Origin: Paraspadella gotoi | Lineage: Eukaryota; Animalia; Chaetognatha | NCBI GenBank assembly: GCA_051294375.1 | Contig: CM119263.1 | Span: 17,632,628 to 17,696,627, forward strand | DNA: 64,000 nucleotides | Reading direction: 5' to 3' | Shown here: in pieces, positions 24,043 to 50,700 of the stretch | Layout: each line of letters opens with the position of its first letter | How positions within the stretch are numbered: the first letter of the stretch is position 1 | The notes under the pieces: generated by a model | Told to the model about the DNA's origin: nothing | Seen by the model: the letters and a program-made list of their open reading frames with translations, nothing else | The model's database searches: none | Position numbers and translations under genes: made by a program

Positions 24043-25669
24043 TTAATTGGGAGACAAACTGACCGATTTTTCAGAAAAAAAAACTGGTGATGGACGAAAT
24101 AAAGTGATGATTATTCAACAAGGACCGTTAGCCGAATTGTTTTTCATTGTTTATTAAAACTCGTTGTTTAACTTCAATTTTTCTATAATAAAGACTTCAT
24201 ACTCGACACTCATATTTTCAGCCCATCTATTAGGACCCGCAGGTCCGTCCTCCAATCTTTTATTATGGTATTGCACAAAAATTTTAAAAATACTTTTTTT
24301 CTTAATTCGATTGTTTTAAACCTTAATTAAGCCTGACGAAGTGTACTTTAATCGTTAATTGAAATTTTAATTTTTAAATATTTGAATTACGCCAACTGAT
24401 TGACGTCAATTTGAAGTCCGTCTCTCTGTCTCTCCGTCCCATAGCATTAAACTCCAATTACTCATGATTGGATGGATGGATTGAAATAAAATTTTGTGTG
24501 TGGGTAGGGAAGTGTGTGATTGAGATGGATATAAAGTTTCGATGGAATCGTGCGAGTGGAAATAAGTTTAAATGGAAAAAACAAAAGTCATATTTACTTA
24601 AAGCATTTTTACTTATATTTACTCATAATTATTATATTTATTAAAAATTGGATAGATAAATTGAAATGAAATTTTGTATGTGGATATATATTTTTGATGG
24701 AATCGTAGGAGTGGAAAAGTTTAAAATAGAAAACCGAGAGAAACATTTATTTCAATTATTAAAAGTTTTTCTCCATCTTTCTCTGATTGATTGCTTGATT
24801 GACCAAATTATGCCGGTTGACCAAATTATGCAGTTGAGCAAATTATGCCAGTTGATTAAATTATGAAAGTTGACCAAATTATGCAAGTTGGTATTGGCAC
24901 AGTTACTGGTAATGATTTTTCATAGATTTATTAGGAAGTCTGTTATGATTTGGTATGATTTATTATCGGATTAGCTCATTACCGCTTAATTATCGTAGGC
25001 AGATCCGACGTTATTGGTTCAAACTTGTTTTCCCTCCAATTCATAAAATTTTAAAGAAGAATAAGATAGTTTCTATATTACAACGATTTTCTGAAGAAGC
25101 AGAATTTTTATTATGAAAACTAATAAATATTTTTAGTGCTTCATTTTTTTATCGATAATACACTGCTGTGAATGAATTATATATTACATAGTCATAATTA
25201 GAATAATATTTAATCATAATCATCATTTTCCCCTTTAAAACCTATTAAAAATAAAAATTTGAACTTTGAAAAAAAAATGTTGATAAATAGTTACTATAGG
25301 TTAGATTTTTTTTTGTGGTCATAACAACTTTTTATTTTTTATATCAGATAAGTTCCAAATCAGCGTTAAAAATGAACGGTTAAAGCTTGGAAGATAAAAA
25401 TTAAGAAAAGTGAATCTGGCTTCTGAGCTTCAGAGCTACTCGGTACTCATATTATATTGTTAAGAAATTTGAAAATTTTTTAGGTCAACATAAACGTCAA
25501 GTACTTTTCTCACTAAAAATATTACAAAAATCATACACAATGAATGAATTAGTTTTCGTATCAGTTCTAATTGAAGAACCTGTATTCTTGTAGATCGAGA
25601 AAAGTTAAACCAAAAAAAGAATTTACAACTTTTTAAAATTTTGTTCTCTTTGACAAAGACTTTGTGTTT

Positions 25670-25920
25670 TTACTTTCTTTTCGTTGCGTTTCGAATTTAG
25701 AGAAAACAAAGATTATTTGTTATAAACAACGATTTTTTTTTAATTAAAGCGGACATGTTTCGACTCTTATTTTTTTCTCTTTTTTTTCCCTTTCTCCCCT
25801 TCTTTAAAATTTAAATGTTTGGCAAAATTTTTATCTCAGCGCTGATAAAGACTCGCATAAAAGGCATAAGAATTGAAACATTTTATTTCTAAAAAAATCG
25901 TTGTTTGTAACAAATAAAAA
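25670..25920. mobile_element. Degenerate copy of the hammerhead fold-back element
   Basis: Shares the CTTTCTTTTCGTTG tail, GACATGTTTCGAC, central CAGCGCTGAT and inverted arms TTATTTGTTATAAACAACGATTTTT / AAAAATCGTTGTTTGTAACAAATAA. Confidence 0.6.
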
Positions 25921-25929
25921 GAACCCTCT

Positions 25930-26120
25930 GTGGTGGTCTAAAATCCACCTTCCGTTCATCAGCGGCCATTGGTGCAGCAAGCAAGTCATTCGCCTCCCAA
26001 CCCAAAGGTCTGGGATTCTAGCCCGGTGGTCGCCTGTGTTACAGCTTGATCCGAAGCTCAAGGACTGCTTATATTGAACGGTTCTGTCACTAACTCATAA
26101 CAATAATTAATGTCTCTTCA
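25930..26120. repeat. GC-rich interspersed repeat, second copy at about 44572-44744
   Basis: CTAAAATCCRCC..CCGTTCATCAGMGGCCATTGGTGCAG..GTCATTC..CTGTCACTAACTCATAAC..TGTCTCTTCA shared. Confidence 0.8.
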
Positions 26121-26516
26121 CCCCTTTGTTTTCTCTGAATACATTCTATTTCTGAAAATTAACGAAATCTGCTAAAATCATCGTATTGAAAAAAAAATAT
26201 ATAATTTTTACATATATATATATATTTTTACATATATATATATATCTTAATCTGCTTGGAAAAAAATACACAATTTAAAAAAGCTTTTGACATTTCTTAT
26301 CTATAAAAAAAAATAATCAGAAAGAGTTTCGAGCCATTTTAAATTTTTTTTTCCTTTGAAACTGAAAGTTTTCTTTGAAATGAGTCAAGGTACCCAAATC
26401 AAACTTCTGACTGACTTCTGGCTGAATAAAACAATTGTAACGTGTGATTTAAATCTGAATATTTTATTGTTATATTTGAATCAAATTCACGACTTTCCAG
26501 ATATATTTTTTTAAAC

Positions 26517-41330
<14,814 letters not shown>

Positions 41331-44300
41331 ATAGATTCTCTTTGATCTAAACTATTATGGTAAAGAAGTGAATAAATATTTATTTTCTTGATGTTGTTCT
41401 ATAATTTAAAAACGATAAACGGAACATTTTCACCAATACAATTTAACTAAAATGAGATCAATTTTTGGGTGAATGATGAAAAATCATGATAAGAAAATAA
41501 CGATAAATATTAACTTTTTTAGAATAACGTAGTAGTTTCGAGTTACTTAATATAGGTTTTTATCGTATAGTATTATAGGGATTTTGTCAATAGTCGTTTC
41601 TTGGTTTACATATTATAGCTTTTCTATAATTTGCCTTAGATTTGTACTAGACTTTTTAATGACTTGAGTTTCTTCATTATAATTTCCTTTTCATAATTAA
41701 CGTATGATTTGAAATTGTCATAGTACTTCAAATTTTAAGCTATTGCAGGTCATTCATCATGCGCGTGCGCTTCCCGATGTATGCATAATTAAACGTAGAC
41801 ATTAAATTGATCGTGCGTATGGATGAGTAAGAGATAAACGGTCGTTTTTCCTCATTTGCGAAATTCTGTTTAATTTTTTTTCTGTTTGTGTTATGTATTA
41901 CTACTCTCAAAATATTTTTATTTTATTTTAATCTTTCAAAATTTTTTTAGGACTGAAGGCTGTTTTAATTTTATTAAAATGGTAACCTTTTTTAAAGAAG
42001 ATAATTTATGAAATTATTACAACCAATACTATAAAATGAGGTTAGAATTTTATTTGAATGGCAGGTGATTTACATTTTAAAAGATAACTTTTGTGAAAGA
42101 GTATCCGCAAACGAAATCTGGAATATGGAAACGAAAATGTGAGCAAAATGAAAAAAAAAACTGGTAAAATTTATTATGAAATTGGTACAACCAATATAAA
42201 AATTATCCATTCATTTAATAAATAAGCAATCTTGCCCCTGACTTTGGACAGGCTTTGGTGGTTTAAGGCCTCCATCACTCTTACAAGATAATGACATAGC
42301 AGGTCCCTGCAAGTTTTCAATCAGGACTCTCTCACCGTTACTGCTTGATTAGGCAAGGCTCTTGATCTCGAAAAAGAAGATATACCAGCAAATATACTAC
42401 CAATATACTACAATTTCAGAATAAAAAAATTAAAGTTAAAAATGTTTGGTTTGCTTTTCACTAAACACTATAATTTGTATTACTATTTTTAAAACTTTTA
42501 ACTCCATGATCCCGAAGTCGAATATAAAATTCACCATAACTTTTCAAGAAAATAATAATAATAATATGATTATCTACTAATAATCCACCAACTAAAAGAG
42601 TAAGTTTGGGGTCCGAGACTGCTGTCCGTTATGACTGAAGCTTTATCCGAAGCTAAGCCTAAGATACTGCTTATGAAAAGGTTAAATTATCAATTATTTT
42701 GCCTTTCAAGTTTATGAATGAAAAAAGAAAACCACGAAAGTCAGGAACTGCGCTACGGCGACTGAAACGACAGCAACGTTTGCGATGTTGCTCAAGATCG
42801 CGACTTTGTATTTTTTACTAGCGTTATGTCGCAGCATATCTGAAGTTTTGCATCGGGTCCCTCGTCCTCTCGTTTCTTCAATCAACAAATATAATCTAAG
42901 ATATTTTAATTGTTGTTAACGATGATATTTCCCTTCTAGTTTCGACGACCGCCTACCTAAAATTATCCTTTTCTCGTTGCAGATTGGTGACCTTGTAGCG
43001 TTCCCTTGACCTTTAATGAGACTTAGCATTTCAGCTTTGTATTGCTTTTAATTTTGACCTTTTGTGAAAAAATAAATTTGTTCGCAGTTCTAATTCTTGT
43101 TTCGTTCGTTGCCGCTTAATGCAATTACTACAGACTACAGTATTAAATTTCCGATGATTTGAGAAGTTTTCGGTTTTAGTCAGGAATTATTAATGAAATA
43201 TTTGTACATATTGTGTACAATGTACATTACTGTTGGACACAAACTTTTGATAAAAATTTGGATCTGTTTAACATTTAATTCCGCGTATTTTTCGATCAAT
43301 AAAACTTTGAAAAAATTTTACTTTTGCTGACCGGGGTTATGGCGCCTTTTATTTATTTTAAACTATTTTTGAACTACCCCTAAACCTTAAATACCCTTAA
43401 CCCTAATCTTACTTTTTATGGGCTATCTGAATCCGTTCTTAAAAAAATAAATTTTTTACAAACAATTTTTTTCATTGCTTTTGCATTGATAAATATTTAA
43501 ATGCTTTAATGTTATACTGTGTTTCACTAGTTAAAAAAGTGATAATAAATATTGATTAAGTATATGATGGACAAATAAATTTTATATTACAGAACTCTTA
43601 CTGATAAATTGGGTAATTGGGTAATATTTTTTTTAAAATTTTTTTAAAAAGATAAGTATTTTAAGTGGTTTTTCAAAAGCCGCCATAACCGCGGTCGGCG
43701 AAAGAAAAAAATTGCTGAAGAAATAAAAAAAATTATATTATTGCGCAAACTGAAGTCAAAAGGAAAATAAAATTCAATGGATTAACAAACCACCAACAGC
43801 TAGTAGCTAAGGTTGGTTGCGGACGTCGAATAGTAAAGTTTCCCTCGGGAGGTGATCATCAGGAGAGTCATGTCGCAGTCACCTGACGTTGAAGGGAGAA
43901 GTATTTTCGTATTTTAACTTCAATTTATGTATTGTTATAAAAGTAAAACGAATATCATTAAAGATACCACGGTGATAATAATAGTCGATAGAAAACGGAA
44001 GGACATCTATCATTTCAGAAAATCTTCAAAATTTGTTGAATTCGTCGCTAGGCGTAACTTGGCTTCAAGAATTGGGCGAAGGGAAATCAAGTTATGACGA
44101 AATCAAGAATTAAAATTCAAAATCTTATTTTGATTTTGTCGACGGGGAACGCTCGATTTTGTCGGTTTAAAATAATGTAAAATAATGTATAGAATAATAC
44201 GCCTATTGGTTTTTCCAATTTCATTCCATTTCTTATCCTTTATTAAATTATTAGTAACGAATTCGTAATAACCTCCCTTAACCCGTTATTTTTTTTTAAA

Positions 44301-45134
44301 TTAATGACTTCCTAATATGAATGATAATAATAATAATATCTTATTCAAAAGCTAAGGCAGAATGTAATTTTTAACCTTGTGGTGTAAAGATGCTTCCTCT
44401 ATTTACAGAAGACAACACTAACATCCTTCTCCGCATTACAATAATAAATATGAAATAAATAATAAATAAATTTAATACTTACGTGAAATATGTGAGACTT
44501 TTATATTCGACTTTAGTCTAATTTCGTCTAATATAGTAAAACAAGTAATCTTGCAATTTTTCATGATATTATGGTAGACTAAAATCCGCCAACCGTTCAT
44601 CAGAGGCCATTGGTGCAGGAGGCATGTCATTCCCCTCCAACCCGGGGGTCCGGGGTTCTGGCCCGATGATCGCCTAGCGGTTGGGAGGGACGGGGCGCTT
44701 GGCCCGCCTGTCACTAACTCATAACGGTTATTGCTGTCTCTTCAATATGTTTAATTGTATAATGTATATGTGCACTGTGCAAGTATTCAAACCTGTCTTT
44801 TTAATTTTTTACTTGATTCAAACCAAAATCATTCTTTGAATGACTCACCTCGAGCCGTTCCTTTCTTTCTTTTCATTTGATTTCTTTTCTGACATTTTCT
44901 TTTTGTTTTTTATGTGAATGTCCTGCAAAAAAAATCAAATTCAATCTTAAAAAGATTTAGCTGATAAAAATTTTAAGAAATGAAGTGCTACGAGAAATCA
45001 AATATTTTATTTATCCAATTACCTAAGTATTTATGCTTCTTCGGTTTTTTATATAAAATTTATATTATACCATATTAGAAAACAAATTAAATTCATAGGA
45101 ATACTTTATGATGAATCCCTATTTATTACTATCT

Positions 45135-45960
45135 GATAACTTTTTGTAACGCTTTTGCGCAAAAGTGGCGTCGTCGTTGTTGTCGGCGTTCCATATTATA
45201 GATCGCTTTTTTTATGATTAAATTTGGGTGTATGAAGCTGAAAATTTATATACAGCTTCTCATCATCGATGTGCTTAAAATTGAGTCTGGACAGTTATTA
45301 AATATGTTTTGTTTACGTTTTATCAAAACAAACAAATTTTCTCTCTTTTATTTTTATATTTATTTCTCTCTCTCTTTTCTTTTTTAATTATATGTCTCTC
45401 TCCCTCTCTCTTTTCCCTAGTTACTGATTCATAGAGAAAGGGGAAAAAAAAAGAGTCTCATGTCTCATCAGCCACGCGACCATCCTCCTCTTCCACCCAG
45501 GGGTCGAGGCTCACCCAGTTTTCACTTCTGCCTTTTCTCCTGCCTCTTTCTTTTTCTCCGACTTTCTCTCTCCAGTTCTCTCCTTCTCCCACAGTTTGTA
45601 CCTTTTTTTTTTTTGCTTCCTTTTTCTAGTACATATACTCTCCCACATTTCGGTCTTTTTCTTACACTCTTTTTTAGTCAGCCCGAGATACCTCCCATCC
45701 AGATAGAGTGGCGCCCAATGTGGGGCTCGAACCCACGACCCCAGGATTAAGAGTCCTGTGCTCTACCGACTTTCTTTCTTTCTTTCTTTTCTTTCTTTCC
45801 TTTCTATTCTTTCTTTATATTTATTCTTTTCTTCTTTTTCTTTCTGTTTATAAAGGATTTTTTTTTCTCAAATTTGATTTTTTTTAGTATAAAAATATGT
45901 CGTCAATCCAGATTTTTCTTATGCGATTGCGACGATCCTTATGCTTTTAAGATTTTTTTC
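45135..45960 (-). mobile_element. HINE family C, second copy at about 56345-57070(+)
   Basis: About 300 bp highly similar in inverted orientation to 56735-57030; subterminal ATCGTCGCAATCGC; 3' hairpin ATCGTCGCAA..TTGCGACGAT in the 57040 copy. Confidence 0.7.
45709..45771 (-). pseudogene. 5'-truncated tRNA-Lys(CTT) copy with genomically encoded CCA
   Basis: Minus strand AGTCGGTAGAGCACAGGACTCTTAATCCTGGGGTCGTGGGTTCGAGCCCCACATTGGGCGCCA. Anticodon CTT at 45751-45749, T-loop intact, first ~13 nt missing. Confidence 0.85.
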
Positions 45961-47746
45961 ATATGAGATGGTAAAATATTTAAAAAAATGATGTTTTAAA
46001 ATTATAGAATATCTATGTTGATATCCTGATTAAATAAAGACAAATTAATTTTTTTGAATTTTCGGTCCTACGATCATACATATTATAGCTTGAGTTTAAT
46101 CTCCCTTTTTTATTCACAGAATCTTTAAAGTCCACATGCAAATGAACTTTCAGTTTAAGCTTAATGAAAACGTTCAATTTCATAATTGATTTTGGGTTCT
46201 TCTGGCCATTTAGTCTTTAGCCACACTCTCTCATTATCTCTCTCTCTTACTTTGTAAAAGTTTTGCTTGTTAATTCTCTTACTTCCACTGAAGATGATAT
46301 AGAAACATATGTCGAAATATATGGAAATTTTATAATTTTCTCTTTTTTTTCTGCACTGCACTCCATTATGAAATTGAACGTTTTCATTATTATACTAACT
46401 GTGCATGAGATGGCGTTAAAAAAACTCAGTGTCAGCTGTTTTCCCGTAAACCGCCTAGTGGGCGTGGAAAACCCGCAAGCCTTGTACCAAACCCATGACC
46501 CGTTCAATTGCTGCTGAGGGGGCACTGAAGATACCGATAGTAGTCACCAGCTCACTTAGCGCCTTTTTTTCGTTAACAAAAAATTTTACTTAGAATAGTA
46601 AATAAATAAAAGATGACATGAAACATATATACAAAAACGTCCAATAGTTCTATAACAAATGATGTACTTATGAATTATCTTCATAAGATATTTAAAGTAT
46701 AGTAAAGATTTTTTTGGTGTCACTCGCGAACGGACATGGGGCTGTAAATCTGACCATTCGTATTGCTCAATAAATGAATTAGGATTAAAGACCTCGATGC
46801 CATCGAATTCTGAATATATGATTAATTGCCAATTGCTTTAATCCACGAGAAAGCCAAACCATGATCATACGATACACTCATCCAAAGAGTCCTATATGTC
46901 AAATCGTGCCGTGCACTTTGAACTTTTTCATCGGTCGTTTTTTTTCACCTTTATGCCCTCGAAAGTTTGTAGACAATTAAGTTTAGAAAAAAAGATGAGG
47001 AAGAGGATATATAAAAATTAGACGGAGTAGAGGATATAAAAAAAAAAGTAAAGGATAAATAATGTATTCCTTCGTTTAAATACAATTATTATCTTCGTTG
47101 TATCTTTCATCTAATTTGCTCTCCCATCTCGTTTTGATGAAACACCAAACGAATAAACTTTTTCATTTGTTCATCTTAAGTTTTAGTATTTTATTTTGTA
47201 AACGTCAGTTCGGTTAGTTTTTACCAAAATGAGCGGTTTGAAGTATCCATTTCACTAGTAGAAATAATGAAACCGTATTGAGCAATGTGTAATTTTAAAT
47301 TCCAATCATTAAATTATAAACTTTTTTCCTGATAAATTGCGTAATATAAAAATAACACGAGAAGAAAAAAAAATTAATTCCTGTTTTTAAATAAGGAATG
47401 ACAAAGCAAAAACAAAAATTAATATTAATGTATTAAAACGTTTTTGAGCTTTTTATAACACTACACAATTGTTTGTTTGTTTTTTTTTTTTTGTTTTTTT
47501 TTTCAGTTGGACTTCATGAAACTCAAGCCTCAGGCTTATCATATTCTTCAGGGACGACTGTTATTTTTCTCAAGGCCGTTTATAACATACGCATTTTGGT
47601 CTAGGCTCGATCTTCACGAGCCAAGGGTTTCTCTTCGCGATCGCCTTATTTCTCAAACGGCTATTACGGTTAAGAACTATCGTCCAAAATAAAACTTCAA
47701 TCATAACATACGTAAAAATCAACAAAAAGTTTAACAACCATTCGCA

Positions 47747-50700
47747 ATGGCTTTATTTATCAGAGGCTTAAGAAACGATGTTTTTCTAAAAAAGCTTCGT
47801 TCGATGTCAAGTTTATATAAATCAAGAAACCTCAGGTATGCCACTTCACGCAAACCCTTTGATCAGGGAAGAGTGAAAGAGAATTCGATGATAAGCTTAC
47901 GTAAAGTATGAAACCATCATTTCAAAAAAATATTTTTATGCACTTTTCTATTGATTATGCTGTAATTCAAAAAATGTAAATATTTAAACTGGTTTATTTT
48001 AGAATAATATCGATAACCAATGTTAAAAATAAAAAGCAAGTTGGGCAACGTAGGATCTCCCCGAGATAATCAGATAATAATTTGCTTGAGAGTCATCTTA
48101 TACATATTGAGTTTGTAGCGTTGGTAATGGACATCATTTTATTATATTAGCATGAGAGAAAGAGACACAGTCAGACAGACATGAGGTCAGAGGTAAGGTC
48201 AAAGATTCGAGAGAAAGAAAGAAATAATAATATTAACCGAAATAATTTGCTCCTAAAAATATGCGTTATCCTCGTAAAATGATGTCAATTACCGATAAAA
48301 CAGATAATAAATTATGATAAATTTTAGAATATTTTAGGGTAGTTACGGTGATTATGGCTATTGTGGTTTGTTGTGGTTACGGTCAATTTGTTGGTTATAG
48401 CTATTGTTGTGCTAGTAATTATTATAGTAGTTAGGCTTATTATTGATTGTCGTTGTTGCATTGATAATTATTGGAATAATTATGTTATGGTTATTATTGT
48501 GGTTGTTATCCTTATATTGGTCGTTGTAATTATAATGGTTGCGGTTATTTTATTTTATTTTGTTTTGGAGACCCTCATCACAAATGTTGGACTTGCACAA
48601 AGAATTAAGTCGTTGATTCAATTTAATTAATTTTATAATAACTACTTAAAAAGTCAATTTTGTTATTGACAATAACAAAGGCAAAAAATATTATACGTTT
48701 CATCAACGTATTACAAATATTCAAAACAATAATAAACGGACGATATACTTAAAGAATGTACAACGAGGTTAAAAATGTAATTTATAACAATATTTTGAAC
48801 GTCAATTAAAAGAGAAAAACGTGGCTTTAGTTCTTGGCTTGAAATTCGAATGAGAAAAACCTTACAAAGTAAGGAGAAGAAAAGGTCAGCCGACGACGAC
48901 GACGAGTGAGGCTTCACGGTAGTTCGATGAAAGGATTCTTTGTGACTGAGGTTATCTTAATGACCGAGGTCAACTCGTGTCGCCAGATTATTTTATTTTT
49001 ATGGTAGTTGTGGTAAAAATTCTGGGATTTGTTTTTACCTTATGGGTATTATTATTGTTGTATTGTTTTTATTGTAATTGTGGTTGTTGTGATAATTATT
49101 GTAATGGTAGTTAGTTTTTATGGTTGCTATTATTATTGTAGTTATTTTAACTATTATTTTTACTTTGGTTGTACATAATATGGTAGTTATAATTGTAGTA
49201 GTTATTGTTGTTGTAGCAATCATATCTAAAAACTCTTTTTTTATCATTTAAACTCATTTCTACCCCCACATTTCCATCAAAATTTGATTTCTAACTAATA
49301 CACATTACACATACATCATACTCATATATATATATATATATATATAACTTAATCCATCCGTCCAATTATGAGTCATTGGAGTTGAGCACTAAAGGGATGC
49401 TTACTGCTTCGTAGGGTGGAGTGATGAAAAGATTGAGCGATGGAACAATGTTTTTTTGCTGCCTTTGTATATGTAATAAAAAATAATTAAGCCCTTTTTC
49501 AAAAAATTAAAATCATAAAATTTTAAAATCATATTTTTTTAATTTCAAGAACAGTTTTGGATTCGCCGGAAAAAACTGAAAAACTTTTGTAAAGTATGTT
49601 ACATGATATTTTTAGGTTAAAGCTGCAAAAAATGACCAAAACGTTTCATCATATAATAGTTTCTATTACAAAGTGTAAAAACGTGGAGAATTTGACCTTT
49701 TTTTTCCATTTTTGATGCTGAAGACATTAAAATTTTTAATAACATATTTTATATTTTTGATCTAACTTTTTATAAAGAATCAGAATCTTTAATAATAATT
49801 TTAAAAAAATTATTTTGAAAATTTATGATTTTTTAAGAATATTACTATAAATATATTGTAATTAATGATACTGTTCCTCAAACAATATAAGCAATATAAT
49901 CATACTATCTCACGTCTAAATATCCTTGTTTGATCACTCAAATAAAATTTATGTTCCCCAGTGCTCCACTCTACTGCTTAGTCGGATGGATGGACATTAT
50001 TTCTTTTGGGAAACTTTACTATTCGACGACCGCAACCAACCTTAGGTACCACCGGTCGGTGCTTTGTTAACCAATTTAATTTTGTTTTTCCTCTAGCGTC
50101 GAATCAAGTTTGCACAATAATATACTTTTTTTTGGTTCACTAATACAAATTTTATAATTTTATAATAAATAATAATTGTATTAAATTTATTTTAATTGCT
50201 ATTTTTATGTTTGAGGTTTTTTTACTTACGAGTTTTATAAAAAAAAATCTTAAAAGAATAGGATCGAGCCTACCTTCAATGATAACCAAATATTGATGCG
50301 ATGATCACCAAAGGATTGATGAGATGATCACCAAATGATTGATGCGATGATAACCAAATATTGATGCGATGATAACCAATAATTGATGCGATGATAACCA
50401 ATAATTGATGCGATGATAACAAAATGATCGATGTGATGATAACCAAATGATTGATGTGATAATAACCAAATGATTGATGCGATGATAGTCATTCATTGAT
50501 GTGATGATAATCATTCATTGATACGATGATAGTCATTCATTGATGCGATTATAGTCATTCATTGACGCAATGAATCATTCATCATAAATAAAACAAACAA
50601 ATGCGTGTATGAGTGAAAGAGAGAAAGAAAGAAAGAGAGAGAGTGAGAAAGAGAATAAATCTACGAAAATCTTGGATGTAAATTTTGGATTTTGCATTGA

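Noticed and set aside
25955-25975. CTGATGAA on the minus strand of the 25930/44572 repeat as a hammerhead
   Set aside because: No stem II followed by GAAA and no NUH site.
45709-45771. Functional tRNA-Lys gene or LTR primer-binding site
   Set aside because: The 5' acceptor strand and most of box A are missing; no adjacent LTR end (CA), and the match is far longer than a PBS.
48345-49250. Hydrophobic or Thr/Ile-rich ORFs 48361..48630 and 49035..49247
   Set aside because: Degenerate GTT/ATT trinucleotide low-complexity sequence in arginase intron 1.
50278-50572. CRISPR-like array (also 60415-60908)
   Set aside because: Head-to-tail minisatellites without unique spacers, no cas genes, eukaryotic context.
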